Positions 38,037-50,405 of a stretch of 64,000 bases of DNA are shown here, in pieces. The notes beneath the pieces were generated by a model. The model was not told the DNA's origin, did no database searches, and saw only the letters and a program-made list of their open reading frames with translations. The stretch spans positions 89,466,001 through 89,530,000 of the forward strand of contig OZ024744.1 in assembly GCA_964016885.1 (NCBI GenBank). Reading direction: 5' to 3'. Made by a program: the position numbers and the translations under genes. The stretch comes from Eledone cirrhosa. Its lineage: Eukaryota. Position 1 is the stretch's first letter. Every line of letters begins with the position of its first letter.

Positions 38037-39983
38037 GAGATTTTCAAAGTATCCCCCGTTGTCAGGAGGTTTTTGTCATTCAGTATGAAGACATGGAAAA
38101 CGACACTCCTTTTGAATAGTGAAACAAAATCACTGGAAGCTGGAGAAGTTAATATTAATTGTGGAATTTTTCAGGGTGACTCTTTATCACCGCTTTTATT
38201 CTGCATCGCACTTATACCATTAAGTAAAATGCTCAATGAAACAAAACATGGATATAAAGTCTATGACAAAACCATTAATCACCTGTTCTACATAGATGAC
38301 CTGAAACTATTTGCAAAAAATGATGAACAATTGCAAGGGCTATTATCCACTGTGAAGCAGTTCAGTGATGACATTAAAATGGAGTTTGGACTAGATAAAT
38401 GCGCCAAAGCAACGTTCACCAGAGGAAAGCTGCTGAAGAGTTCAGACATTAATCTTGATCGGGGGAACGAGATAAGAGAACTTGATCAAGAAAAAACTTA
38501 CAAATATCTAGGTGTTTGTGAAGGAGACGGAATCAAGCACTCGACAATGAGGGAAAGGATAAGGAAGGAATGTTACTGCAGAGTAAGAGCAATCTTAAGA
38601 ACGGAATTGAATGCAAGGAATAGGATCGATGCCATAAACACGCTTGCCATACCAGTAGTAACCTACAGTTACAATGTCATCAACTGGTCAAGCACAGAGA
38701 TCCGTAGGCTCGATACAAAAATTCGAAAATTCTTAACCATGCACAGAATGCATCACTCTAAGGCAGATATAGATAGAATATATCTCCCTAGGAAAGAAGG
38801 AGGACGTGGGTTAATCCAGTTAGACATTGCGTTGAAAACTGCAACAATTGGATTATCTACATATCTAAGGGAATCACATGATTGGATGATCAAACTCGTT
38901 TTGAAACACGAAAGCATCAAAAGATCATATTCCATTACAAAAGATGCACAAAGATACAGTAATGGACTACAAATTTCAGAAGTTCCATTTACTGCTGAAA
39001 TGGAAAACACAGAAAAAGCAAAGCAGGTAAAAGTAACTGCAAAGAAAGAACTGCTACAGAAACTGGCTAAGAAATGGCAAGAAAAGCCTCTCTATGGAAA
39101 ATACCCAGAGCGAGCTAACAATCCTGATGTTGACAAAACTTTAAACCATCAGTGGTTGGCATCCTCTGGACTGAAATCGGAGACTGAAGGACTGATTATA
39201 TCGGCACAAGATCAGTGTCTGCCAACAAAAAATTACCAAGCCAACATAATAAAAAATGGGTGCAGCCCATTATGCCGTGTATGCAAAAAACAACCAGAGA
39301 CCATTGACCATATAATTTCAATGTACAGTCCTATAGCTCCAACCGAATATCTAAACAGGCATCACAGAGCTGCACAATACATACATTGGATAATATGTAA
39401 GCATTTTGACCTGCCCCATCAAAAGAATTGGTGGGAGCATCAACCACCTCCCATACTTGAAAAAGATCACATCTCAATCTTGTGGAACTTTAGCATCCAA
39501 ACAGACCGAAAAATAGATGCAAACAGACCTGATATAATATTGAAAGACTTTCAAAAGAGGGTATGCCTGCTAATTGATATGTCTGTTCCAATAGACAAGA
39601 ATGTATCTATAAAAACATTTGAAAAATTGAGCAAGTATAAGGACCTGGAGATAGAAATTGGAAAAATGTGGAAATTGAGAACTAAAACAATACCAGTGGT
39701 TGTAGGCGCTCTGGGAATGATACCTAAGGGGTCTAATGATTACATATCGCAAATCCCAGGAAACCCGCGTATAGGAGAAATACAAAAGATAGTACTAATG
39801 GGAACTGCCCATATACTAAGGAAGATTCTGTCAATATAAGTACATCACAAGTCTAAACACTAAAGATGCATGTGTGAATATGTATGTTCTTTCTTGAACA
39901 TGGCGGACCTTGTTGTCTCTTGAGGTCACTGGTTGTGACTTGGTGATAACTCGTATGAACATAAAGCAAGATAAATGCAACTG
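38036..39983 (+). mobile_element. Dong/R4 copy 3, different family, 5'-truncated
   Basis: GIFQGDSLSP, YIDD, CRVC, RPDII..IDMSVP..KY; stop at 39839; different 3' UTR; (TAA)n at 37988-38035 and 39984-40011. Confidence 0.92.
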
Positions 39984-40012
39984 TAATAATAATAATAATA
40001 ATAATAATAATA

Positions 40013-40300
40013 GTACACTATTAATGATTATTAATGCACTCGTGCAATGCCTGTGCGTGACGAATATTTTTAAAGTGAGGAAAGACTGTGCACTGAGCCA
40101 ATCCCACTCTCTGAGCGACAGTAGCTATAACCCGAAAAGAAGAAAAGATCAACATCATCGGTAACTACTGAGCCGCAGGTTTTATGTCGGAGTTAACCCA
40201 GCTTCCTGAGATGCCTTCTCCTAGAAGAATGCCCTGACAAGGGCTAGGGGTTCTTCACTCCCAGTGGTTTAACTGCGCGATCGGGCATCCAGCCCGATTA
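40013..40300 (-). mobile_element. Possible RTE-clade 5' UTR fragment
   Basis: Minus-strand CCTTG..GGCA..CTAGGAGAAGG resembles RTE 5' UTR motifs as I recall them; not verified. Confidence 0.3.
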
Positions 40301-40439
40301 TTTCTATGTCCCCGCCCGCAAAAATAAAAATAAAAAATCACTTATTGACACTTATACGTACGACACACACACACGCATACATATGCGCGCACACAGCAAC
40401 ACTCATACATACAAACAAACACAGACACGCTACTCACTT

Positions 40440-40471
<32 letters not shown>

Positions 40472-40579
40472 TACCGTCATTACTGATACAAGATTACAAG
40501 ATTATGTCAACTGTTGACTTTCAAGAGTTTGTATAGTTGAAGCCGATCGTATTACAGTTCAGTATTACTATAATTGCTT

Positions 40580-40725
40580 TACAGCATAGAGTCATGGCCC
40601 TCCACGCTCTGAGCTCAAATCCCGCCGAGGTCAACCTTGCCTTTCATCCCCACGGAGTCAACAAAAGAGAGTACCAGTGATGCGCTGCGCCAGTCGCTGG
40701 ATCCGTGCCAAAAGCAGAAAAATTA
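40580..40725 (+). mobile_element. Diverged SINE family 1 fragment
   Basis: CTGAGCTCAAATCCCGCCGAGGTCAACCTTGCCTTTCATCC. Confidence 0.75.
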
Positions 40726-41077
40726 TTATTAAAGTTGTTTTCTTAAGGCCCGGTCGCTGGTGATGGTAATGGCGGCGGTGGTAGTGGTGGTGGTGGCAGT
40801 TGATGTTGTTGTTGTGTTGTGTGCGTGTGTGTGTGTGTTTTGTTATTTTGAGTTGTTTTTTTTTCCTTTTTTTTTCCTTTTTTTTCCCTTACCTTTCTTT
40901 TTTTTTATCTTTTGATGCCGCTGTTGTTGTTGTTGTTGTAAATGTTCATTTCAGTTCATTCTGAAGCTGTTGTTGCTGTAAACATTAGTGCCGGTGTTGT
41001 TGTTGTAGATGTTGGGGTTGAAAACTGGAGTATACATAATATATAAGAACAAAAGATGGTTAAAAGAGTTCCATGTA

Positions 41078-41144
41078 TTTTATTATGCGCATTTCAAAAA
41101 CAAATATCATCATGTAATAATATTTGTGTTTTCATCAGATAAAA
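41078..41144 (-). ncRNA. Type I minimal hammerhead ribozyme (mirror copy)
   Basis: Reverse complement of 42213-42279 with one loop II substitution. Confidence 0.85.
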
Positions 41145-42212
41145 CAGGAAGACATATGAAGGTTAAAAAATACTTGTGGATAGTGCAGTTTTAAATCAAC
41201 ATATGAAAAGTAGTTTTAGATTGATGCGTGATATTGGGAAAAATATTTTATTTTGAGGTGGGGGGATGAAAAAGAGGAGGAGATGAGACTAAAAAGTGGA
41301 GAGGGAAGAGTATAATGAGGAAGGATGAGATAGGAGGAGAGATGGGTGATAGAGAGAGAGAGATAGCTTTTATAACTGAGAAAGATATTGTTTTACATAG
41401 AGAGGTTGAAAACCGTTGGAAGATAATGTATAAATTAAAAGAATTTGAAAATTAACGAAGAGAAAAATAATGTAAAGTTAAGGTTTGTATATTGAGGGGT
41501 TTAATAATATGTGCGATGAAAAGAAAATGTTAATATGTATTAAGAATGATATTTAAGGGTTTAATAACATGTGCGATGAAAAAAATTAATATGTATTAAG
41601 AATGATATTTAAGGGTTTAATAATATGTGCGATGGAAAGAAAATGTTGATATGTATTATTAAAAAGAACAACAGGTAATTTAAGTAAGGATATATTGTGA
41701 GATGAGCATGAATGCTCATCGCACATATTATTAAACCCTTAAATATCATTCTTAATACATATTAATTTTTTCCATCGCACATGTTATTAAACCCTTAAAT
41801 ATCATTCTTAATACATATTAACATTTTCTTTTCATCGCACATATTATTAAACCCCTCAATATACAAACCTTAACTTTACATTATTTTTCTCTTCGTTAAT
41901 TTTCAAATTCTTTTAATTTATACATTATCTTCCAACGATTTTCAACCTCTCTATGTAAAACAATATCTTTCTCAGTTATAAAAGCTATCTCTCTCTCTCT
42001 ATCACCCATCTCTCCTCCTATCCCATCCTTTCTCATTATACTCCTCCCTCTCCACTTTTTACTCTCATCTCCTCCTCTTTTTCATCCCCCCCCCCCCTCA
42101 AAATAAAATATTTTTCCCAATATCACACATCAATCTAAAAATACTTTTCATATGTTGATTTAAAACTGCACTATCCACAAGTGTTTTTTAACCTTCATAT
42201 CATGTCTTCCTG

Positions 42213-42279
42213 TTTTATCTGATGAAAACACAAATATTATTGCATGATGATATTTGTTTTTGAAATGCGCATAATAAAA
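42213..42279 (+). ncRNA. Type I minimal hammerhead ribozyme
   Basis: TTTTAT-CTGATGA-[long stem II]-GAA-ATGCGCAT-A-ATAAAA: full core, 6-bp stem I, palindromic stem III, AUA cleavage triplet. Confidence 0.88.
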
Positions 42280-42404
42280 TACATGGAACTCTTTTAACCA
42301 TCTTTTGTTCTTATATATTATGTATACTCCAGTCCTACAAACTGTAGAGTGCTTCTTATCTGATATCTGCATTGCTTTATTGTACTACAATAAAACTCAC
42401 CTCC

Positions 42405-42457
<53 letters not shown>

Positions 42458-42467
42458 TTAAACTAAC

Positions 42468-42765
42468 ATATATGTTTATATACTCACAAATATAAACGCA
42501 CATTCACACATACACATCATACAGATACACACACACACACACACACATATATACGTTTATATACTCACAAATATAAACCCACACTCACACATACACATCA
42601 TACAGATACACACTCACACATATATGTTTATATACTCACAAATATAAACTCACACTCACACATACACATCATTCAGATACACACACAGACACACACACAC
42701 ACACACAAATATAAACGCACACTCACACATACACATCATACAGATACATACACACACACATATAT
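42468..42765. repeat. Tandem repeat of 65-80 bp with embedded (CA)n, about 4 units
   Basis: CACAAATATAAACNCACAYTCACACATACACATCATACAGATACA repeated. Confidence 0.8.
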
Positions 42766-43022
42766 ATATATATACACACACATACATACATACTCACACG
42801 TATAGATACACACATAGATACACACATAGATACACACCACCACATAACACTCCACACTTCCTAAACTATTCATTTCGCACAGGTTCATACTCCAACACAT
42901 AAAGACAGATTTCTATATCGCATACTTACGATAGCGCAAACACACAGATACAAACATATACCTTTCAATTTTCCTTCATCAGTTATTTCCCCTTGTTATG
43001 GTAACGTAAATAAATGAATGAA

Positions 43023-43065
<43 letters not shown>

Positions 43066-43299
43066 ATACATAAAAAAATATTTAGCAAAGGAACACTAGG
43101 CACTCTATACATTGATTATTAGATCTCGTTTCTGATCGTTCCCTCACATGTTCTGCATGATTATGTACATTTCTAGTTTGGGTTGTGGTGGTGGCGGCGG
43201 CAGGGGGGGGGCAGTGGGGGTGCAGATGGGTCAATGGTGCTGTATGGTGGTGGTGGGGAACACTCCCGGCCTGCGACCACAGTGGAATAAGGAGGAGGG

Positions 43300-43933
43300 G
43301 GCTCAATGTATTGTGGGAACTCTATAATGTAGTCTATAGCATAAGATGTACAGAGGGTACTTGCAGAAACATGACGACATATAAACGAGAGACAGCCCGG
43401 AGCATAAAGGAGAGATTAGACCAACACTGGGGTGAACTAAAGGGACAAAAAGACGGTTCGACACTATATGAACACACTAGGCTAAGACATGAGGGTAATA
43501 TAAAAATATAGTAATTAAAATAATATCTAAACATAGAAATGACTCAACTAGTAGACAAATTAGGGAAGCAACTGAAATTGAACTAAGAAAACCGAAGCTG
43601 AACAGAAAACATGAATGGAATAACAACAACAACAATACACAAACATACTATAGTGACCTAAGATAAATATAAATAAATATACACAGATAAAATAACAACA
43701 ACCACACATAAACACACACTAGTGAACAAAGATAGAATACAAACACACAGACTCAGACACGAACACACGAACACGCGCAAAACAGAAAACACGCAGAAAA
43801 ACGCATGCGCAAACAGAGACACCAATAAATAAATAAATAAAACAGAATAAGTAAACATTACAGCAATGCTACAGAAGGAAACATAATATATCACTGATGA
43901 AGTCACAGGGTTGTGACGAAAGAACTCTGAGAG

Positions 43934-43979
<46 letters not shown>

Positions 43980-44150
43980 ACCATTGGCCAATCAATGATA
44001 AACATTGATTGCCAGCTTAATTAACTATTGGGATATAAAATATACAGAAGCGAAAACCAATCCAAACCAAACAGAGAGTGTGTTTTATTATTATTTCTGG
44101 CAATATTATAACAATATGACCCTCCCCAAATATAACAAAATTCATCACCG
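43300..44150 (+). mobile_element. PLE 3' remnant: decayed GIY-YIG endonuclease, 3' UTR and hammerhead (43891-43930)
   Basis: NVVYSIRC...C...TYKRETARSIKERLDQH...LYEH...H, later RQIREATEIELRKPKLNRKHEW; TCA-CTGATGA-A-GTCACA gggt TGTGAC-GAA-AGAACT-C-TGA. Confidence 0.82.
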
Positions 44151-44169
44151 TATATATATACATATATAT

Positions 44170-44495
44170 CGTAAGCCCCCAATGGTCATTAATGACCTTG
44201 GTTTTGCATCAAGAAAGAGCTCCCCTCCGTGGCACAAGTCGGGACAAGGTTGTTTGTGGAAGACAGGCGGTCTCGCCTCTCCACACCACCGATGTTGTCC
44301 AAGAGAAAAGCAATGGCCGATACAGCTTGGCACCAGTGACGTCGCAACTCATTTCTACAGCTGAGTGAACTGGAGCAACATGAAATAAAGTGTCTTGTCT
44401 TGCTTAAGGACAGAACGCCTCACCTAGTCTGAGAATCGAACTCACAACCTATTAATTGCTAGCCCAACACTCTAACCACTAAACCATGCACCTTC
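44170..44495 (-). mobile_element. tRNA-derived SINE (family 2)
   Basis: Minus strand TGGTTTAGTGG (A box), GAGTTCGATTC (B box) and central GTCCTTAAGCAAGACA..CACTCAGCTG shared with 49802-50046. Confidence 0.8.
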
Positions 44496-45192
44496 ACACT
44501 CACACACACATACACACACACACACACACACGCTCATACACACTCACTCACACATGCATACATATATGTGTGTGTGTATGTAAGTATTACCATAGAAAAG
44601 GTATTGGATAAAGAGTGCTCTCTCTCTATATATATGTATACAGTATATATATGTGTGTGTGTGTAAAAGGTAAACAGAAATAACAACACAATCGGTACAG
44701 TATATGGAAGGAATATATTAGGTTAACACTTGATATATCAGGAAGAGGGTCTTAACGTTTCAGACGCTAGTCCTTCACCAGAAGAAAGAATGAGACATAA
44801 GATAGATTGAGAGGACGGGCGGGTTGGAATTGGAAAAAATACAATCTATCTTATTTCTCATTCATTCTTCTGATGAAGGACTAGTGTCTGAAACGTTAAA
44901 AGCCTCTTCCTGATATATCAAGCGTTAACCTAATATATTCCTTCCATATACTGTACCGATTGTGTTGTTATTTCTGTTTACCTTTTACACACACACACAT
45001 ATATATATACTGTATATATATATAGAGAGAGAGATCACTCTTTATCCAATACCTTTTCTATGGTAATACTTACATACACACACACAAATATGTATGTATG
45101 TGTGAGTGAGTGTGTATGTGCGTATGTGTGTGAGTGTGAAGGCGCATGGTTTAGTGGTTAGAGTGTTGGGTTAGCAATTAATAGGTTGTGAG
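44441..45192. mobile_element. PLE fold-back 6: arms of about 360 bp with hammerheads at 44750-44785 (-) and 44866-44901 (+); arms include a SINE head
   Basis: TCTT-CTGATGA-AGGAC tagt GTCT-GAA-ACGT-T-AA(G)A; arms 44441-44809 and 44842-45192. Confidence 0.8.
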
Positions 45193-45267
45193 ATAAAAAT
45201 AAGTCTTTAGATAAAAATAACAGGTCCATTCATGTTGACAGCTCTTTATATATATATATATTTATAT

Positions 45268-45583
45268 ATGCAGAGGTTATATTTAATTTGTTGGGATTCA
45301 ACAAGCTTTAAAATTTTTATAACTGATATAAAGCACTCAACAATTTAGTGGAGTAAATATACAATATATTAACAAATGGAAACTATATTTATAAAACCAT
45401 ATTTATTTTATTATACATATTTCAAGGGCCACCAAGGCAAATTATGTTGCGCTTTCATCAGATAAAATACAATACAGATTTGTTTTATAAATAAATATTG
45501 ACATACCCTGAAAAAAGACAACCTTAACGGTTGGAGCTTCCTGTCCAGATATAAATATAGTTTCCATTTGTTAATATATTGTA

Positions 45584-45585
<2 letters not shown>
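45268..45585 (-). mobile_element. PLE pLTR (family H) with hammerhead at 45404-45469
   Basis: TATTTTAT-CTGATGA-AAG..CTT-GAA-ATATGTAT-A-ATAAAATA; homologous to 58923-59180 and 56160-56455. Confidence 0.82.
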
Positions 45586-45638
<53 letters not shown>

Positions 45639-45670
45639 TGTTGTTGTTGTCGTTGCTGTTGTTGTCGTCG

Positions 45671-45711
<41 letters not shown>

Positions 45712-45944
45712 GCTGCTGCTGCTGTTGTTATCGTTGTTGTTGCTGCTGCTGTTGTTGTCGTTGTTGTTGCTGCTGTTGTTGCTGTTGTTGTTGCTGTTGT
45801 TGTTGCTGTTGTTGTTTATACGCGATTGAGCCAAGATCGAGCTGTCCTATAGTCAAAAGAGCTCCTGTCATGACCAACGCATGAAAAAGAGATATAGTGG
45901 GGGGGGGGGGGATCGACCTCAGGACTAGACTGGACATTTTTTTA

Positions 45945-46075
45945 TCAACCTCGAAAAGATGAAAGGCAAAGTTGACCTCGGCGAGATTTGAACTCTAAAA
46001 GCAGAGAGCTGGAATGAATATCATAAAGCATTCTATCTGACGTTCTAACGTCTAACGACTCGGCCAAATCACCGT
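45945..46075 (-). mobile_element. SINE family 1-related fragment
   Basis: GATGAAAGGCAAAGTTGACCTCGGCGAGATTTGAACTC. Confidence 0.7.
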
Positions 46076-46087
46076 CTCTCTCTCTCC

Positions 46088-46152
<65 letters not shown>

Positions 46153-46181
46153 TCTCTCTCTCTCTCTGTCACACTCTGTCA

Positions 46182-46253
<72 letters not shown>

Positions 46254-46286
46254 TTCTCTCTCCATATATATATATATGTATATATA

Positions 46287-46634
46287 TATATAAAATCAAG
46301 GTCTAGCAAATAGAGAAAAAGTTTTAAAATAATTTTTTTAAAATTCGTTGTACTTACTATATGTACCTTTACCGCGGTTTCAAGCTCCAGAATAAACGGA
46401 AAATCCAAGCGGAATTTCCGTTTATTCTGGAGCTTGAAACCGCGGTAAAGGCACATATAGTAAGTACAGCGAATTTTTTAAAATTTATTTTAAAACTTTT
46501 TCTCTATTTGCTAGACCTTGATTTTATATGTTGTGGCTTGTTAATTTATTAACCCGCCATAGAACCACATTGGTATACGGTTGGATAATACTTGTTTCCC
46601 TATATGTATTTTTTACGCGTAGGAATTCATACTT

Positions 46635-46637
<3 letters not shown>
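46287..46637 (+). mobile_element. PLE fold-back 7: arms of about 120 bp with a 4-nt loop (46407-46410); only the 3' half of a hammerhead is retained
   Basis: GAA-ACCGCGGT-A-AAGG at 46436-46451 with no CTGANGA upstream; (TA)n flanks. Confidence 0.65.
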
Positions 46638-46718
<81 letters not shown>

Positions 46719-46920
46719 ATTATCCTGGATATGACATTAAACTGCATCCAGTGTCAAGGCTCCAGTTCGGGAGCTGTGGAGAATGTGGATTTACTCCTTA
46801 GTTGTTATCACCTTACTTGTTATTTACCTTACCCAAGTGGCACTGGTAAGATTATCAGCCATTGAAAAGAACAATCTCGGGAATTTTACCCGTCCTAGAT
46901 AGATAGATATGTAAAGATTC

Positions 46921-46982
46921 AGCTCCGGCCATTTCGACAGCTAGATCCGAGTTCGGATCTAGCTGTCGAAACGGCCGGAGCT
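46921..46982. repeat. GC-rich inverted repeat, 30-bp arms, one mismatch, 2-nt loop
   Basis: AGCTCCGGCCATTTCGACAGCTAGATCCGA gt TCGGATCTAGCTGTCGAAACGGCCGGAGCT. Confidence 0.9.
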
Positions 46983-47087
46983 CAGACTAATGTTATAGTA
47001 AGCCATACCTATAACCGAATACGCAGCCATCATGATAGAGTCAATAACTATAGAGAATCGCGCTAAGAAACACGGCTGTAGCGTTAA

Positions 47088-47574
47088 CTACATGGTGGGG
47101 GCGTAGAAGACCTACCGCATAATAAGGGTCATGATACGGGCAACGGTAGCTGCTGTAGCCTGCTAGAATTATTCCCTACCTATAAGATTAACAATAGCGA
47201 TGGCCTATTACCTACACCCTCCAACCGGCGTTTAGCTAAACGTAAACATAACGGAAGGAAGGCGCGTGCACCCGAGCATAAAGCGAAGGGGACGCGCAGT
47301 AGGCTTCAGCACAGTAGCAACAATAAGAATGGTTACCTAGCCAACACGTCCCGTAGTAAGACCACGGCTACGCGTAACCGCCAACGTAGTGTCCTATGGT
47401 ACCATCCTCCCTACTCTTGGAGTGTGGCCTCTGACTTACCCAATATATTCTTCGAAGCCCTAGAGAAGAACTTCCCACTTAACCATAAGTACAGGAAAAT
47501 CCTCAATAAGAACAATATTAAAATATCCTTCTCCACTACACCTAATCTAGCAGACATCATAGGGATAACTAATT
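47088..47574 (+). pseudogene. PLE RT-endonuclease linker remnant (absent from the ORF track)
   Basis: Manual translation RNRQRSVLWYHPPYSWSVASDLPNIFFEALEKNFPLNHKYRKILNKNNIKISFSTTPNLADII aligns with [18 protein letters not shown]...[30 protein letters not shown] at 61.3 kb. Confidence 0.8.
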
Positions 47575-47949
47575 AGAGTAAGGTCACAAAAGCACGGCAC
47601 CATAACAGCGATAAGTCTAGACTTGACAGCAACCCTAATAGCCTTAACGTTTTCCTAACAGCACCCGACAGTGTTGGCGGCAGCTCCAACAGAAGCAAGC
47701 GACATAACCGCGGCGAGACTGGGGAGCATACTGGTGACCTGTACGGGTCACGAGGCGGCAACAGAAGGCGCTGTGGCGTGCGGAGTGATAATGGTACTAC
47801 CCCGCATGCTACAGGATATAATAGTACTAATTACGGTGATAGTGGCGGTGGCGTTGATAATAACATAGGTAGCGATAGTAACAGAACTCTGACCTCTCCA
47901 AGTACAGGTCGCTCTCCGACAGGTTTGTGGTCGTGCCCTTGACAGTGCA

Positions 47950-49182
47950 AACTTCTGGTGTCCTTGGCTCTAGGCCTACCTCCCACCACAGGCGTTGAGC
48001 TGGCTACCCCTAGCAATGGAGACTTCTGGTGTCCTTGGCCTTTGTGCTACCTCCCTACTCACCACCATAGGCGTTGAGCTGGCTACCCCTAGCAATGGAG
48101 ACTTCTGGTTTCCTTGGCCTTTGTGCTACCTCCCTACTCACCACCACAGGCGTTGAGCTGGCTACCCCTAGCAATGGAGACTTCTGGTGTCCTTGGCCTT
48201 TGTGCTACCTCCCTACTCACCACCACAGGCGTTGAGCTGGCTACCCCTAGCAGTGGAGACTTCTGGTGTCCTTGGCCCTAGGGTTACCTCCCACCATAGG
48301 CGTTGAACTGGCTACCCCTAGCAGTGGAGACTTCTGGTTTCCTTGGCCTTTGTGCTACCTCCCTACTTACCACCATAGGCGTTGAGCTGGCTACCCCTAG
48401 CAATGGAGACTTCTGGTGTCCTTGGCCTTTGTGCTACCTCCCTACTCACCACCACAGGCGTTGAGCTGGCTACCCCTAACAGTGGAGACTTCTGGTGTCC
48501 TTGGCCTTTGTGCTACCTCCCTACTTACCACCATAGGCGTTGAGCTGGCTACCCCTAGCAGTGGAGACGTCTGGTGTCCTTGGCCTTTGTGCTACCTCCC
48601 TACTCACCACCATAGGCGTTGAGCTGGCTACCCCTAGCAATGGAGACTTCTGGTGTCCTTGGCCTTTGTGCTACCTCCCTACTCACCACCATAGGCGTTG
48701 AGCTGGCTACCCCTAGCAATGGAGACTTCTGGTGTCCTTGGCCTTTGTGCTACCTCCCTACTCACCACCATAGGCGTTGAGCTGGCTACCCCTAGCAATG
48801 GAGACTTCTGGTGTCCTTGGCCTTTGTGCTACCTCCCTACTTACCACCATAGGCGTTGAGCTGGCTACCCCTAGCAATGGAGACTTCTGGTGTCCTTGGC
48901 CTTTGTGCTACCTCCCTACTCACCACCATAGGCGTTGAGCTGGCTACCCCTAGCAATGGAGACTTCTGGTGTCCTTGGCCTTTGTGCTACCTCCCTACTT
49001 ACCACCATAGGCGTTGAGCTGGCTACCCCTAGCAGTGGAGACGTCTGGTGGGCTTAGCCCTAGAGCTACCTCCCTACTCACCACCATAGGCGTTGAGCTG
49101 GCTACCCCTAGTAGTGCAGACTTCTGGGGTCCTTGGCCCTAGGGCTACCTCCCTACTTACCACCATAGGCGCCGAGCTGGCA
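47950..49182 (+). repeat. 79-bp minisatellite, about 15-16 units, derived from RLE retrotransposon coding sequence
   Basis: GCGTTGAGCTGG recurs at 47992, 48071, 48150, 48229, 48300 (short unit), 48379 and onward to 49090. Confidence 0.95.
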
Positions 49183-49497
49183 AACCGCATTTGTGAGCCT
49201 CACGAGATGGAATGGTTCTTCCAGCGCATCTCCCTTACCATCCTCCGGGGAAATGCCTTTTCCATTCTGTCCGCCAGAGCTGTGCGGCTGTTGGCCAGCA
49301 CGTGGGACCCCATTTGCTCATAATAGAGAGAAACGGGGAAGGCGAGAGAGTGAGAGGGAGGCGATGACAGTGGGAGTTCGACTCTTCCGTGTTCGAACAC
49401 ATTGCACCTGTCATGTGGATACTGTAAAGAGCCGGAATGAATGCCACGACACCCTCTATCTAAAGTTCTAACGTCACTACCAATTCGTTGTGGGTAT
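49093..49497 (+). pseudogene. 3' end of a CRE-like RLE non-LTR retrotransposon
   Basis: PLVVQTSGVLGPRATSLLTTIGAELA...EPHEMEWFFQRISLTILRGNAFSIL fits the P...ET.G / FQRLS....RGNA C-terminus of CRE-type elements; followed by (TG)n. Confidence 0.7.
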
Positions 49498-49694
49498 CTA
49501 TGTGCGTGTGTGTGTGTGTGTGTGTGTCTGTGTATATGTGCGCGTGTGTGTGTGTGTGTATGTGTGTTTGTGCACGCGCCTGTATGTGTGAATGTGTGTG
49601 TGTATGTACGTGTGTGTGTATGCGTGTATGTGTGTGTGCGCGTGTGTGTGTGCGTGTGTGTGTGTGTGCGTGTGTGTGTGTGCGTTTGTGCATA

Positions 49695-49736
<42 letters not shown>

Positions 49737-49801
49737 TGTGTATGCGTGTGAGTGTGTATGTGTGTGTGTGTGTATGTGTGTGTATGTGTATGTGTGTGTC
49801 T

Positions 49802-50046
49802 GAAAGCGTGTATCTTAGAGGGTCGGGCGTGTTCGGCTAACTATCGTAAGGTTGTGAGTTCGAGTCCCTGCAGTATGTTGAGTCCTTCAGCATGCCACTT
49901 TACTTCACGTTGTTTCTATTCACTCAGCTGGTAAAAACGAATGGAGACGTTGAATCTCCCTAAGAACAATTTTAAGGGTACACGTGCTTGTGGAATGTTC
50001 AACCACTTGAACGTTCATTTCACAAGAAGTGACGGAGGGCCAACGA
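49802..50046 (+). mobile_element. tRNA-derived SINE (family 2 head and core, different tail)
   Basis: B box GAGTTCGAGTCC; core CACTTTACTTCACGTTG..CACTCAGCTG. Confidence 0.7.
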
Positions 50047-50318
50047 CACACACACACACATACACACACATACACCCACCCACACACACATCCACACACA
50101 TATATATATATATATATATATACAAGAAAGTAGTACAGCATGATCGAAGCTCTATATATACACAAACATACACACATACACATATATACATACAAACATA
50201 CTCACTCACTCACTTACATATATGTATATATATATATGTATATATATGTATATATGTATATGTATATATGTATATATGTATATATGTATATATATATATA
50301 TGTTTATATATATATATG

Positions 50319-50405
<87 letters not shown>

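Larger units (their letters stand above)
41024..42406 (+). mobile_element. PLE fold-back 5: arms of 620-690 bp (41024-41709 and 41712-42333), canonical hammerhead in each arm
   Basis: Right arm extends to (TA)n at 42407; tandem subrepeats of about 58 bp near the centre. Confidence 0.85.

Noticed and set aside
36792-38040. Poly-Ile N-termini on ORFs 36792..37913 and 37971..39839
   Set aside because: Chimeric read-through of the previous copy's 3' UTR and (TAA)n into 5'-truncated elements.
47950-49182. CRISPR-like array
   Set aside because: Units are contiguous with no unique spacers, there are no cas genes, and the unit derives from retrotransposon coding sequence.
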